Shown here one piece after another: positions 19,626 through 33,160 of a DNA stretch of 64,000 bases (position 1 is the stretch's first letter; every line of letters begins with the position of its first letter). The position numbers and the translations under genes are program-made. The DNA lies in the NCBI GenBank assembly GCA_028821995.1, contig JAPKEQ010000001.1, positions 5,620-69,619 of the forward strand, read 5' to 3'. The notes below the pieces were generated by a model that saw only the letters and a program-made list of their open reading frames with translations, was not told the DNA's origin and did no database searches. This stretch comes from Alphaproteobacteria bacterium. Its GTDB lineage: Bacteria; Pseudomonadota; Alphaproteobacteria; UBA2136; JAPKEQ01.

Positions 19626-20930
19626 ATGGAAATCTGGAATAGCTTTATCAAAGATGTAGATATGCAATGGCGACGCTTTGCCGTGAAGTCTGATTTTTGG
19701 CAAGAGCACCAAGAAACGATTCTTTCACTTATTCCAATAGCACTTCAGCTTTTGATCATTCTATCCATGTTCCTCATTGCTCGAAAAATTGTGTTTAGTC
19801 CATTTAGGGCCCTGCTAAGCAGATGGCCCATAATTGAAGCCTCTATTAGCGGCCAAATCAAGCTTATATCATTCCTTATTTTGCTCGCATTTTGCCGCAC
19901 AGGTGCTGCAGCGCTAAGTCAAGATGTTGTTTATATTGACATTACAATTATGGGAACAGCAGCATGGCTCATTCCTAGCTTCTTTAAGAGCAGCACGCTT
20001 AACCCAACATTCAAACGCGCTATTATACTTGCGCTTTGGGCTATGCTTGCCCTCATGGTGACAGACAAGCTTGACCCTATCATCGGCTTTTTAGATAGCG
20101 CTAGCTTTACCGCAGGAGAGGCCAAGCTATCCCTTTGGAGTATTATTAAAGTCAGTGGAATTTTTGTTCTTTTGATTTGGGGTGTCTCTACATTTACGCA
20201 GCTGGTTGATACCTTCATGCAAAGAACGCTTAATATAACTCCAAGTGCCAGAACTCTGATTACCAAAATGGTAAATATCATGGGTATTGTGTTTGGCTCT
20301 CTCATTACCCTAAACCTTGTGGGTATTGACCTCTCTATGTTTGCCTTTTTTGGTGGTGCTCTTGGTATTGGTATTGGTTTTGGTTTACAAAAAATTGTCT
20401 CCAACTTCATAAGTGGCATTATTCTCGTCACTGATAAATCCGTTAAACCGGGGGACGTTCTCACCATTGGTGAACATCTTGGTCAGATCATTGCGCTGCG
20501 TGCTCGTTACGTTGTTATGCGTAAACGTGATGGCACAGAAGTTCTGATTCCAAATGAAAACCTAATGACATACGAAGTAGTCAACTGGAGTTACAATAAC
20601 CGTAAGGTTCGTCTCGAAGTTGAAGTTGGTGTTTCTTATGACTGCAACATGGAAAAGGTCAGAGAAATACTCCTAGAGACAATAAAAGAGAACCCGCGCG
20701 TTCTCACTACGCCAAACCCTGCCTGCTTCATTACAGCTTTTGCAGATAGTAGCGTAAACTTCACACTTCGCTTTTGGATTGTAGACCCTGAAGAAGGCAT
20801 CTCTAATATCAAAGGCATGGTGTTTATGGATATTTGGAAACGCTTCAAACAAGACGGTATTGAAATTCCATTCCCTCAGCGTGTTTTACACATGCAGGAA
20901 GGTCCAAACAAAGAACCAATTGATTCTTAA
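19626..20930 (+). CDS. Small-conductance mechanosensitive channel family protein
   Basis: GALGIGIGFGLQKIVSNFISG, VLIPNE, EIPFPQR. Confidence 0.95.
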   Translation: MEIWNSFIKDVDMQWRRFAVKSDFWQEHQETILSLIPIALQLLIILSMFLIARKIVFSPFRALLSRWPIIEASISGQIKLISFLILLAFCRTGAAALSQDVVYIDITIMGTAAWLIPSFFKSSTLNPTFKRAIILALWAMLALMVTDKLDPIIGFLDSASFTAGEAKLSLWSIIKVSGIFVLLIWGVSTFTQLVDTFMQRTLNITPSARTLITKMVNIMGIVFGSLITLNLVGIDLSMFAFFGGALGIGIGFGLQKIVSNFISGIILVTDKSVKPGDVLTIGEHLGQIIALRARYVVMRKRDGTEVLIPNENLMTYEVVNWSYNNRKVRLEVEVGVSYDCNMEKVREILLETIKENPRVLTTPNPACFITAFADSSVNFTLRFWIVDPEEGISNIKGMVFMDIWKRFKQDGIEIPFPQRVLHMQEGPNKEPIDS

Positions 20931-20985
20931 CCACAAGTTCAACTTATCCCCACAACAAACACCCAAAATGCGTATTTTATCCACA
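20927..20985 (+). promoter_or_regulatory. Cluster of three DnaA boxes
   Basis: TTAACCACA 20927, TTATCCCCA 20944, perfect TTATCCACA 20977, all in the same orientation. Confidence 0.65.
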
Positions 20986-21003
20986 GGATACTCATATTGC
21001 ATA

Positions 21004-21060
21004 CCACTATATATAGTGCTCCGTATGCCACAGCCACCCTGTGTATTCAATATATTGTGG
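21004..21060. promoter_or_regulatory. Tandem NrdR boxes
   Basis: CCACTATATATAGTGC (21004) and ATTCAATATATTGTGG (21045) match acaCwAtATaTwGtgt; 41 bp apart. Confidence 0.75.
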
Positions 21061-21124
21061 TAAAAAACATCTTTTTTACTCTTTTTTGATTGCCCCTTTC
21101 CGTATAGTTTTTTACACTATATAT

Positions 21125-21347
21125 ACCCTTGATGGACAAAGTTCATCATTACCTTTTTACAGTACAAACTTTGACTGAGTTAGCAGAAACAAAAATAACA
21201 AATAGTTGCTAATTTCTGATATGGAACTGAGCACGCGACATAATAATAATAAAAGTCGTAAGAGGGAAGCTCGTTCTATTACACAACCCGTATCGACGGA
21301 GGTGACCTTTTCCATTGGGCAGGATTAGGCACCTCCATTTTTGTTTT
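21125..21347 (+). ncRNA. Candidate structured small RNA (~220 nt)
   Basis: TTGCCC-17-TACACT promoter (21090-21118), three stem-loops with A-rich loops, terminal GGAGGTG/CACCTCC stem plus T tract; no SD-led ORF. Confidence 0.5.
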
Positions 21348-21430
21348 ATGCCTCCCTTGAATTCATTCACATCTCTTCCTATATACATATTTATACTCCC
21401 TTCTCTCTTTCCTTTTAAAGGTTTTTTCAC

Positions 21431-21688
21431 ATGATTACACCTGAACAAAAAAACTGGATGGCCCCCTACGTGGCCGAAGCTGAAACCAACTCAAAATTTG
21501 CTGAATCTGTCACAAAAGAAGCGGTTTGGGCTTGCGCCCAGTCTGGCCGTGACCTCAGCATCGTTGAAATTATCATGGCACATTACCAGCGCCGCTTTAA
21601 TGCGCAGCAGCTCATTGCCAACATCCTTTGCTGCCACAGCATTAACGGCAAAGATGTGATTGAAAAGGCTTACGCTACTACAAAGTAG
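21431..21688 (+). CDS. Hypothetical protein (accessory unit)
   Basis: TTGAAT-17-TATATA promoter, pyrimidine leader, AAGG SD. Confidence 0.6.
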   Translation: MITPEQKNWMAPYVAEAETNSKFAESVTKEAVWACAQSGRDLSIVEIIMAHYQRRFNAQQLIANILCCHSINGKDVIEKAYATTK

Positions 21689-21731
21689 CAAAAGCCATCC
21701 TCAAAGAACTACTCACAAAGGAGTAAAGACG

Positions 21732-21962
21732 ATGGTTAGTGGAAGTCTTTTCAAATACCAGAGTGCGTTTGAAGCGCTCGATGAAAATTCTCAGCAAGAG
21801 ATTCTCGGTTACTGCATTGTGAAAGCAAGGCTGGAATCGTCAATCCACGACTACACTTCAGACTGTGCGCTCAAAGCCTACAAGCGAAAAAAAATTCGAG
21901 AGGTGATGGGATTTTTGGAAAAGCTGGGCTGCGTAGATTACGTGGCAAAAAAACTTTCCTAA
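21732..21962 (+). CDS. Hypothetical protein
   Basis: AAGGAG SD before ATG 21732; followed by TAAATCGA and terminator. Confidence 0.6.
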   Translation: MVSGSLFKYQSAFEALDENSQQEILGYCIVKARLESSIHDYTSDCALKAYKRKKIREVMGFLEKLGCVDYVAKKLS

Positions 21963-21998
21963 ATCGATCACAACAAAAAGAGGCCTTCGGGCCTCTTT

Positions 21999-26431
<4,433 letters not shown>

Positions 26432-26444
26432 ACAAGAGGCTTCC

Positions 26445-27233
26445 CTAGAAAATTCTCTTCAGGAAACTTTGCTCTTCACCCTTCTCTGCAAGGTCTCTCT
26501 CTACAAGAAGGCCATAAGCTTTTTCGTACCAGTCCGAATCATTGAAGTTATGACCAAGTACAGATGCGCTCTTTTGTGCTTCTTCTGGAAGACCAATAGA
26601 AAGGTAAGCTTCTGTCATACGGAAAAGAGCTTCCGGCGTTTGTGCAGAACGCTCATATTTTTGAATGACTTCTTTAAAGCGGTTCATTGCTGCAAGGTGG
26701 CGGCCTTGGCCTTGGTAGTAACGGCCAACCATCATTTCTTTACCGGCAAGGTGATCTTGACACAGTGTCACTTTCAGTTTTGCATCCTGTGCATATTCAC
26801 TATCAGGATAGCGGCGCACAAGCTCTTCAAAAGCATTCAGTGCTTGCTCCGTAAAAGCTTGATCGCGATTTACATCGCTAATGCGAAGGTAATGGGAAAG
26901 TCCCACAAGATAAAACATGTAAGGCAGATCTACGTGTCCTGGGTGGGTGCGGATAAAGCGCTCAGCCGCTAGGACAGTTTCGTCCATATTGCCTTTTCTA
27001 AACTCAGCGTAAGCTACCATCATTTGCGCGCGCGTTGCCCAACCACTGTACGGGTGCTGGCGCTCAAGCTCTTCAAATGTATTAATGGCGCTATCCCACT
27101 CTTTTACATTCAGCTCATCCATACCGCCATTGTATAGGTTTTCTACTGTACCAATTTTTTCAACAGGTTCCGGATCAGCAAAACAGCCGGCAAGGCTGAC
27201 TGCGCAAAGAGTAAGTATTAAGCTTTTTTTCAT
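26445..27233 (-). CDS. bamD: Outer membrane protein assembly factor BamD
   Basis: Lipobox LAGC, TPR pattern, RQHPYS, DVNRDQ; upstream of recN-ligA. Confidence 0.96.
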   Translation of the reverse strand: MKKSLILTLCAVSLAGCFADPEPVEKIGTVENLYNGGMDELNVKEWDSAINTFEELERQHPYSGWATRAQMMVAYAEFRKGNMDETVLAAERFIRTHPGHVDLPYMFYLVGLSHYLRISDVNRDQAFTEQALNAFEELVRRYPDSEYAQDAKLKVTLCQDHLAGKEMMVGRYYQGQGRHLAAMNRFKEVIQKYERSAQTPEALFRMTEAYLSIGLPEEAQKSASVLGHNFNDSDWYEKAYGLLVERDLAEKGEEQSFLKRIF

Positions 27234-27247
27234 GTGTATTTCTTTCC

Positions 27248-28219
27248 TTATCCTAGCTTTCCATAGCTATGCATACCGTCTAAAAACATATTTACACCCA
27301 AGTAACAAAAGAGTGTAGCGATAAACCCGATGATCGTCCACCATGCAAGCACATTTCCGCGTGCAAAGTGTGTATATCTTGCATGTAAATAACCACCATA
27401 TATGAGCCATACAATCAGAGCCCATGTTTCTTTGGGGTCCCAGCTCCAATAGCCGCCCCAAGCCTCATAAGCCCAAACACAGCCTAGCAGTACTGCAAGG
27501 CTAAACACAGGAAATCCAATCAGTATGGCTTTATAGTGTAAATCTGTACAAGTTTCTACGTCTGGGAGCCTTGATACTTTACCCCGTGCATCGGCCTTGC
27601 TCCGCATAATTTGCATAGCGCCTGCCGCAGCTGCCACAAAAAAGCTGCCGTATCCAATAAAATTGGCAAGCACATGCCATGGCAGCCACTGGCTTTGAAG
27701 CGCAGGTAAAAGCTCTTTATGACCCACTTGGTTGATACTCAATAGCCAAACAATAAACAGCGCCTGCATCATCCAAAGCGGCGCAAGAAATAGCGCAAAT
27801 CCTTTAAAGCGTTTTTTGCCTTCAAAGTACAAACCAATAGAGCTAGTTACAGCCAGCAAAAGAATACTGACTTCATATATATTACTCATACCATAATGGC
27901 CAATTTCAAGTACCTGATGTGTTTCCCAAATTGTTGTGAGCACAATACTGCCAGCAAGAGCCGATGCCACAAAAGCAAAAAGCCTTGCAGAAATGCTGAG
28001 CCAAGAGAGTTTCTGAAAAGCGCTCAACAGAAACAAGGTTGAAGCGAGCAAAAACAGCCCTACCATGTATGGCACCATTATAATAGTCAGCAAGCTATCC
28101 TGCTGCATACCAACAGAAAGATGCCCCCATTGAGGCACAACCAAAGCCGCTGCCATAGCAGCCATAAAAAGCAAATAACCTGCCCCAAAAGAGCCCGTAA
28201 GACGTTTCAATACATTCAT
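27248..28219 (-). CDS. ccsA: Cytochrome c biogenesis System II heme-handling protein (CcsA/ResC type)
   Basis: SNIYE, ALQS.W...HV, WAYEAWGGYWSWDPKETWAL, GMHSYG. Confidence 0.92.
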   Translation of the reverse strand: MNVLKRLTGSFGAGYLLFMAAMAAALVVPQWGHLSVGMQQDSLLTIIMVPYMVGLFLLASTLFLLSAFQKLSWLSISARLFAFVASALAGSIVLTTIWETHQVLEIGHYGMSNIYEVSILLLAVTSSIGLYFEGKKRFKGFALFLAPLWMMQALFIVWLLSINQVGHKELLPALQSQWLPWHVLANFIGYGSFFVAAAAGAMQIMRSKADARGKVSRLPDVETCTDLHYKAILIGFPVFSLAVLLGCVWAYEAWGGYWSWDPKETWALIVWLIYGGYLHARYTHFARGNVLAWWTIIGFIATLFCYLGVNMFLDGMHSYGKLG

Positions 28220-28346
28220 ATCTGTAACATATCATAAAGGTGAATTTCTCCCAATGGTTTTTCCTTGACGATACACCCTTTACACCGCTAAATTGCAGAC
28301 AATATTTAATCTCACTTGTCTTTTCTCCAACCTCATGAGGTTTCAA

Positions 28347-29378
28347 ATGACAACTCCACTAAAAATTGCTGCCCTTGGCAACGCAGTCACAGATCTTGTT
28401 ACTGAAGTTGATGACGCCACACTGGCTACCCTTGGCTTTAAAAGTGGCAGCCACCAAGCGGGCAGCCCTGCTCTTCAAGCCAAATTGGAAAAGATCTTTC
28501 CACATGCAGTATCCATGCCTGGCGGCTCTCTTGCCAATACAGCCTATGCCCTAGGCTGTCTCGGTATGGATATTACACTCATCTCCTCCATTGCAGACGA
28601 TACGCAGGGCAGGGCCTTTGCTAAAGGCATGCATGATGTGGGCGTTAAAACAAAGATCACTAACTTTGGTAATAACGTCCTCAGCCAGGCCGGCTACGTT
28701 CTCATCACACCTGATGGACAGCGCACCTTTGTAAACCTTCCTTACAACACCCGCATCACCGCAGAGATTGTGGATGATTTTGCAGATGATATCATTGGCG
28801 CTGATCTGCTGGTCATTGAGGGCTACCTCTTCATTGATCAAACAGACGCCGTAGACCGTGCAATTGAACTGGCGCGTGAAAACAACGTCAAAATTTGCAT
28901 CACGCTTGCAGCTGAAAACGTGGTCATCAAACACCATGACACCATTGCACAGCACATTGAAGATGGCATTGACCTGCTCATTGCCAACGAAGAAGAGCTT
29001 GAAGCTCTCATCAACGGCGCAGGCCACGATGAAGAGCTGGCACAGTGCATTGAAAACACCACCCGCGTGGTGACAAAAGGTAAAGATGGCTGTGAATATC
29101 ACAATCCTAAAGATATTCAAACAGCAACTATGTCAACAGCACCTTTGCCGAGCAAATTGCTAGATACCAATGGTGCAGGTGATGGTTTTTTGGGTGGCTT
29201 TTTAAGCCTTTACGACCCAACAGAACCTATCATTGATCTGACCAAAACCTCTTATGCCATGCTTACAGGGTCTCTTGTGGCTGCACGGGTCATTTGCCAA
29301 ATTGGACCGCGCCTCAACAGCAAAAAATATCAAGAAGCTGCAACTCTGGCAAACACCGTAGAGTTTAAGCTCCAGTAA
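28347..29378 (+). CDS. PfkB-family (adenosine kinase-like) kinase
   Basis: GNAVTD, PGGS.AN, ANEEE, DTNGAGDGF. Confidence 0.9.
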   Translation: MTTPLKIAALGNAVTDLVTEVDDATLATLGFKSGSHQAGSPALQAKLEKIFPHAVSMPGGSLANTAYALGCLGMDITLISSIADDTQGRAFAKGMHDVGVKTKITNFGNNVLSQAGYVLITPDGQRTFVNLPYNTRITAEIVDDFADDIIGADLLVIEGYLFIDQTDAVDRAIELARENNVKICITLAAENVVIKHHDTIAQHIEDGIDLLIANEEELEALINGAGHDEELAQCIENTTRVVTKGKDGCEYHNPKDIQTATMSTAPLPSKLLDTNGAGDGFLGGFLSLYDPTEPIIDLTKTSYAMLTGSLVAARVICQIGPRLNSKKYQEAATLANTVEFKLQ

Positions 29379-29494
29379 CCGATACTTAACACACCCCTGA
29401 TTTGGGGTGTGTTTTTTTGTGCAGTTTTCTTGAAACATGCTACATTATAAATGTACCCACACACTAAAGAAGAACAAATAACGGATTAAAGCCT

Positions 29495-30580
29495 ATGAGC
29501 AGTTGTTGCCCGCCAAAAGAACCTACAAAACCAAGCTGCTGCGGCGCCAATAGCACCTCCCAAAAGAAACGCCCTGATGTTTTATTATGGGGTTCACTTA
29601 TAGCTGTTACTGTTCTTTATGCGCTTGCTGTTGTTTTCCCTGAAACGCTCATACCTTACCCGCGCCTTATGGAAGCAGCACACGGCGTACACCACCTTGT
29701 TCATCAAATGTGGTGGGGCGTTGTCATGGGAATAATATTTGTCGGATTGATCGGTATGGTGCCACAAAAATATGTCCTCAACCTACTTGGCAATGGCGGA
29801 TCAATTTCAGGTATTATGCGCGCAACATCTGCGGGTGTACTCTTAGATATGTGCAGTCACGGAATTCTGATGGTTGGCGCAAAGCTTTACCAAAAAGGTG
29901 CAAGCCTTGGCCAGGTCATGGCCTTTTTACTCGCAAGCCCCTGGAACTCTCTTTCACTCACCATTATCCTCTGGTCGCTCATTGGTGGTTTCTGGACACT
30001 TATGTTTATCGGCCTTTCTATGGTGGTTGGCATTATCACTGGACTTATTTTTGATCGCTTGGTTAAAAAGGGCGTTTTACCACCCAATCCATTTACGCCA
30101 GAAAAGCATGAGCCTATCCACCTTATGGAAGATATGGCACATCTGCATAGATACATTCATGCAGATAAAAAGTTTCTGAAAACATTTGTATCGGAAGCAA
30201 AAAGCGGTAGCCGCGTTATCATTAAATGGCTCCTGTTTGGAATCGTGCTTGCAAGCACGCTCCGCGCTGCCTTTCCTATTGAGACGTTTGCAGGGCTTTT
30301 CGGCCCTACAGCCCTTGGCCTTGGACTCACCGTGCTGTTTGCAACTGTTCTTGAAGTGTGCTCTGAAGGCTCAACGCCAGTCGCTGCTGATATTCTAACG
30401 CGTGCTCAATCCCCAGGTAATGCCTTTGCATTCCTCATGGCAGGCGTATCTACAGATTATACAGAAATTATGATATTGAAAGATACAACAAAGAGCTGGA
30501 AGATTGCTCTCTTCCTACCCCTTGTTAGTTTGCCTCAAATTATTGCAATTGCAGCACTGATTACTGTGTTTGCTCAATAG
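29495..30580 (+). CDS. DUF318/ArsP-like permease with Cys-rich N-terminus
   Basis: SCC repeats, DMCSHG, EVCSEGS, AFAFLMAG. Confidence 0.85.
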   Translation: MSSCCPPKEPTKPSCCGANSTSQKKRPDVLLWGSLIAVTVLYALAVVFPETLIPYPRLMEAAHGVHHLVHQMWWGVVMGIIFVGLIGMVPQKYVLNLLGNGGSISGIMRATSAGVLLDMCSHGILMVGAKLYQKGASLGQVMAFLLASPWNSLSLTIILWSLIGGFWTLMFIGLSMVVGIITGLIFDRLVKKGVLPPNPFTPEKHEPIHLMEDMAHLHRYIHADKKFLKTFVSEAKSGSRVIIKWLLFGIVLASTLRAAFPIETFAGLFGPTALGLGLTVLFATVLEVCSEGSTPVAADILTRAQSPGNAFAFLMAGVSTDYTEIMILKDTTKSWKIALFLPLVSLPQIIAIAALITVFAQ

Positions 30581-30980
30581 GCGTTAAAGCCTGTTCAAGA
30601 TTCTTAGAAAGCTCTTCTAAGTTTTGACGTACAGGTTCTGAATCTTTTTCAAACTGCCCCATGAGGCTTTCAAATGCTTTAAGTACACCTTGAAGCTGGC
30701 CTGCAAATCCTTGCAAGTCATCTTGAGCAGATTCTACCGCACTATTAAGTGACGACGAAGCACCATCCATGCTTCCTGTTAGCTCGCCGATCATTTGGTT
30801 ATAATCTACATTTTCATCAACATGAATTTCCTGCTGTTGCGGCGCATTACGGCTATTGGCATAATCTACAACCTGTTGCAGATCATCCTTCACTTCCGGA
30901 TTTTGAAAAAAGTGAAAAGCTAGAGTGAAAAGCCCCACACCCACAAACAATCCAACAGAAAAAATAATGACATACTTCAT
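30561..30980 (-). CDS. Hypothetical membrane-anchored coiled-coil protein
   Basis: N-terminal TM, GGAG SD. Confidence 0.7.
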   Translation of the reverse strand: MKYVIIFSVGLFVGVGLFTLAFHFFQNPEVKDDLQQVVDYANSRNAPQQQEIHVDENVDYNQMIGELTGSMDGASSSLNSAVESAQDDLQGFAGQLQGVLKAFESLMGQFEKDSEPVRQNLEELSKNLEQALTPIEQTQ

Positions 30981-31049
30981 AAACGTAACTCCATAATTTA
31001 AAATAAAAAGACCCTCACAATATATGAGGGCCTTTTCAAGTGAGCAAGC

Positions 31050-31865
31050 TTATTTAATAAGCGTAATGTTCACAACGCGGTTTGCCGCTTCAACTGTGTT
31101 ATCAGCTGTTGGCTTTGGAAGGTCCATTTCACCCGCAAAGTTTACTTTGAACATTTCTGTATCAACGCCTTGCTGTCTTAGGTATGCACTTACAGTTTCT
31201 GCGCGTCTTGCAGAAAGCTTCTCATTATGCATTGCTGTACCAGATGTATCAGCATGGCCTGATAGCATAATGCTTGATGGCGCCATACCTTTGATTTTTT
31301 CAGCAACAACTTTAAGCTCGCGCTGCGCTGCAGAAGTTAGCTTGCTGCTATCAAGATCAAAGTAAACAGCTGCTGCACTCTTCATGTGCTGAACAGGAAC
31401 AACTTTTGCCACTTTTGCAGGTGCTAGATGACGCATAGCTTCGTAAAAATCAGCACGACATGCATTAATGTCTTCGCTTTGGAAGTTTTCTTCCTGCTGC
31501 TCAGCCCAGCAATCAAACTTTGCTTGCGCTTCTGCTGCCCACTCAGGCACGCGCTTTTTAGCGCCGCTGTCTAGGTATTTCACAAGAAGAGCACGCCCTT
31601 CAGCAAGCTCGCCTACTTTTTCAAGAGGGAGATTACGCGTATCCACCATTGTTGGGTTTGGCGTTTCACCAACCATAATCGCTTTAATACGTTTACGGTA
31701 AAAATGAGCGTCAATAATATCGCCTTGTACGGCTTCGTACTCAGCAAGAGGTTTATAATCTGCTACAAGTTCTTTTTCAAACGCAGATTGATTCATGGCA
31801 ACTCCAGAGCCGCCGCATGCTGCAAGTGTAGTGGCTGCAACAACCATAGCCAAACGAGAAATCAT
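31050..31865 (-). CDS. OmpA-family lipoprotein
   Basis: Lipobox LAAC; AQAKFDCWAEQQEEN domain; VYFD, GHADTSG, NRVV. Confidence 0.93.
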   Translation of the reverse strand: MISRLAMVVAATTLAACGGSGVAMNQSAFEKELVADYKPLAEYEAVQGDIIDAHFYRKRIKAIMVGETPNPTMVDTRNLPLEKVGELAEGRALLVKYLDSGAKKRVPEWAAEAQAKFDCWAEQQEENFQSEDINACRADFYEAMRHLAPAKVAKVVPVQHMKSAAAVYFDLDSSKLTSAAQRELKVVAEKIKGMAPSSIMLSGHADTSGTAMHNEKLSARRAETVSAYLRQQGVDTEMFKVNFAGEMDLPKPTADNTVEAANRVVNITLIK

Positions 31866-32038
31866 CGTCTTTACCTATCTTTTAATTTTATTTGAGCACC
31901 TTAATTATTGTGCTTGGGTAAACATTTATAACAAATTTTTAAAATTTCGGCACATAAAAACAACTTTTAAAGAGAAAACTTGACGCTCTCTATAAACCTT
32001 CATAATTTAAAACATATCATTTATAAGAAAGCAGCCAC

Positions 32039-32449
32039 ATGCCCATACTTGAGTCTGAGCAGCAACTCATTGATAATTTTGAACTATTTGATAACTGGGA
32101 AGATCGGTACTCATACCTTATTGATCTTGGTAAAAAACTTCCCCCTATGGCAGAAACTCTTAAAACAGACGGGGCTCTTGTAAAGGGATGTACAAGTAAA
32201 GTATGGCTCGTTCACACCTTAAATGGAAATAAACACACATTTTTGACAGACAGCGACGCTCATATTGTAAAAGGCATTTTATATGTTTTACTCTGCCTGT
32301 TTAATGGCAAAGAAAGCACTGAAATTAAAAACATTTCCACTGAAGAGTTCATGAAGAAAACAGGCCTTGAAGAAGCCATTTCCCCAAACAGAAGAAATGG
32401 ACTCAGTGCTGTCGAACAAAAAATTAAAACTTATTCAGAAGATGCCTGA
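32039..32449 (+). CDS. sufE: Cysteine desulfuration protein SufE
   Basis: WEDRYSYLIDLGK, VKGCTSKVW, DSDAHIVKG, SPNRRNGL. Confidence 0.93.
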   Translation: MPILESEQQLIDNFELFDNWEDRYSYLIDLGKKLPPMAETLKTDGALVKGCTSKVWLVHTLNGNKHTFLTDSDAHIVKGILYVLLCLFNGKESTEIKNISTEEFMKKTGLEEAISPNRRNGLSAVEQKIKTYSEDA

Positions 32450-33045
32450 TCTTCAAAAAGGTCTTTTGCATCAACATTTAACAGGTAATCCAAATCCTTT
32501 ACAGCCTGATAAAACTTGCCTGGCAGAGGGTAGCGTGTCACACGTTTTGTTTTCACATCAACAACAATAAGAGATGGATGGCTTGTCACTCTAAATTTCT
32601 TAGCCAGTCTATTTCCTTGGTCCATAATAGGCTCAGGTCTGGATTCTACACGCTCAGGTTCAGAAATATTTTTAAACTCCATCTGTGCATAGTCCTTCAA
32701 GAAGGCTCTAATTTTTTCTGTATAACCTGCTTTTTCAATAAGCTCCTCTTGGTCAAACCAACGGTCTAGCCTTGCATTCTCAACAGGATCATCATCATCA
32801 CTCGCCATAACTCGCTTTTTAAAATCGTCAAGTGCATCTTGTGGAAGGTCCTTCATTACCAGAGTGGCATCAATATCAGGATGCCAAGTCCAGTACTGAA
32901 CAAACTCAAAAATCCCTCCAATAGTAGTTTCCGAAGGATCTAAGAATAAAAGAATCTTATTCTTTTGTTCTTTTTCAGCAGCGTACAGAGAAGAAGCCAT
33001 CGCTCCCACCAGTACAAAAGTCATTATCAAAATCTTTTTCATCAT
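32431..33045 (-). CDS. Hypothetical exported protein
   Basis: Signal peptide, 204 aa. Confidence 0.7.
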   Translation of the reverse strand: MMKKILIMTFVLVGAMASSLYAAEKEQKNKILLFLDPSETTIGGIFEFVQYWTWHPDIDATLVMKDLPQDALDDFKKRVMASDDDDPVENARLDRWFDQEELIEKAGYTEKIRAFLKDYAQMEFKNISEPERVESRPEPIMDQGNRLAKKFRVTSHPSLIVVDVKTKRVTRYPLPGKFYQAVKDLDYLLNVDAKDLFEDQASSE

Positions 33046-33160
33046 AGATAAGAGTATGGTGTCCTAATCACCACATTTCAAGAAATAAATCTCCCAAGCC
33101 CCCTCTCTTTAGCAAGTTTTTATTCCGTATAGAAGGATAATCTCATAAACTGTTATAATA

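Noticed and set aside
20927..21130. Replication origin suggested by the DnaA boxes
   Set aside because: Highly expressed genes stay on the minus strand on both sides, no obvious skew switch is visible, and there are no dnaA/hemE/parAB neighbours; the NrdR boxes fit a promoter better
21255..21300. Cobalamin riboswitch suggested by TAAGAGGGAA
   Set aside because: The following conserved elements (GGTG..AATCC, GCnACTG) are absent
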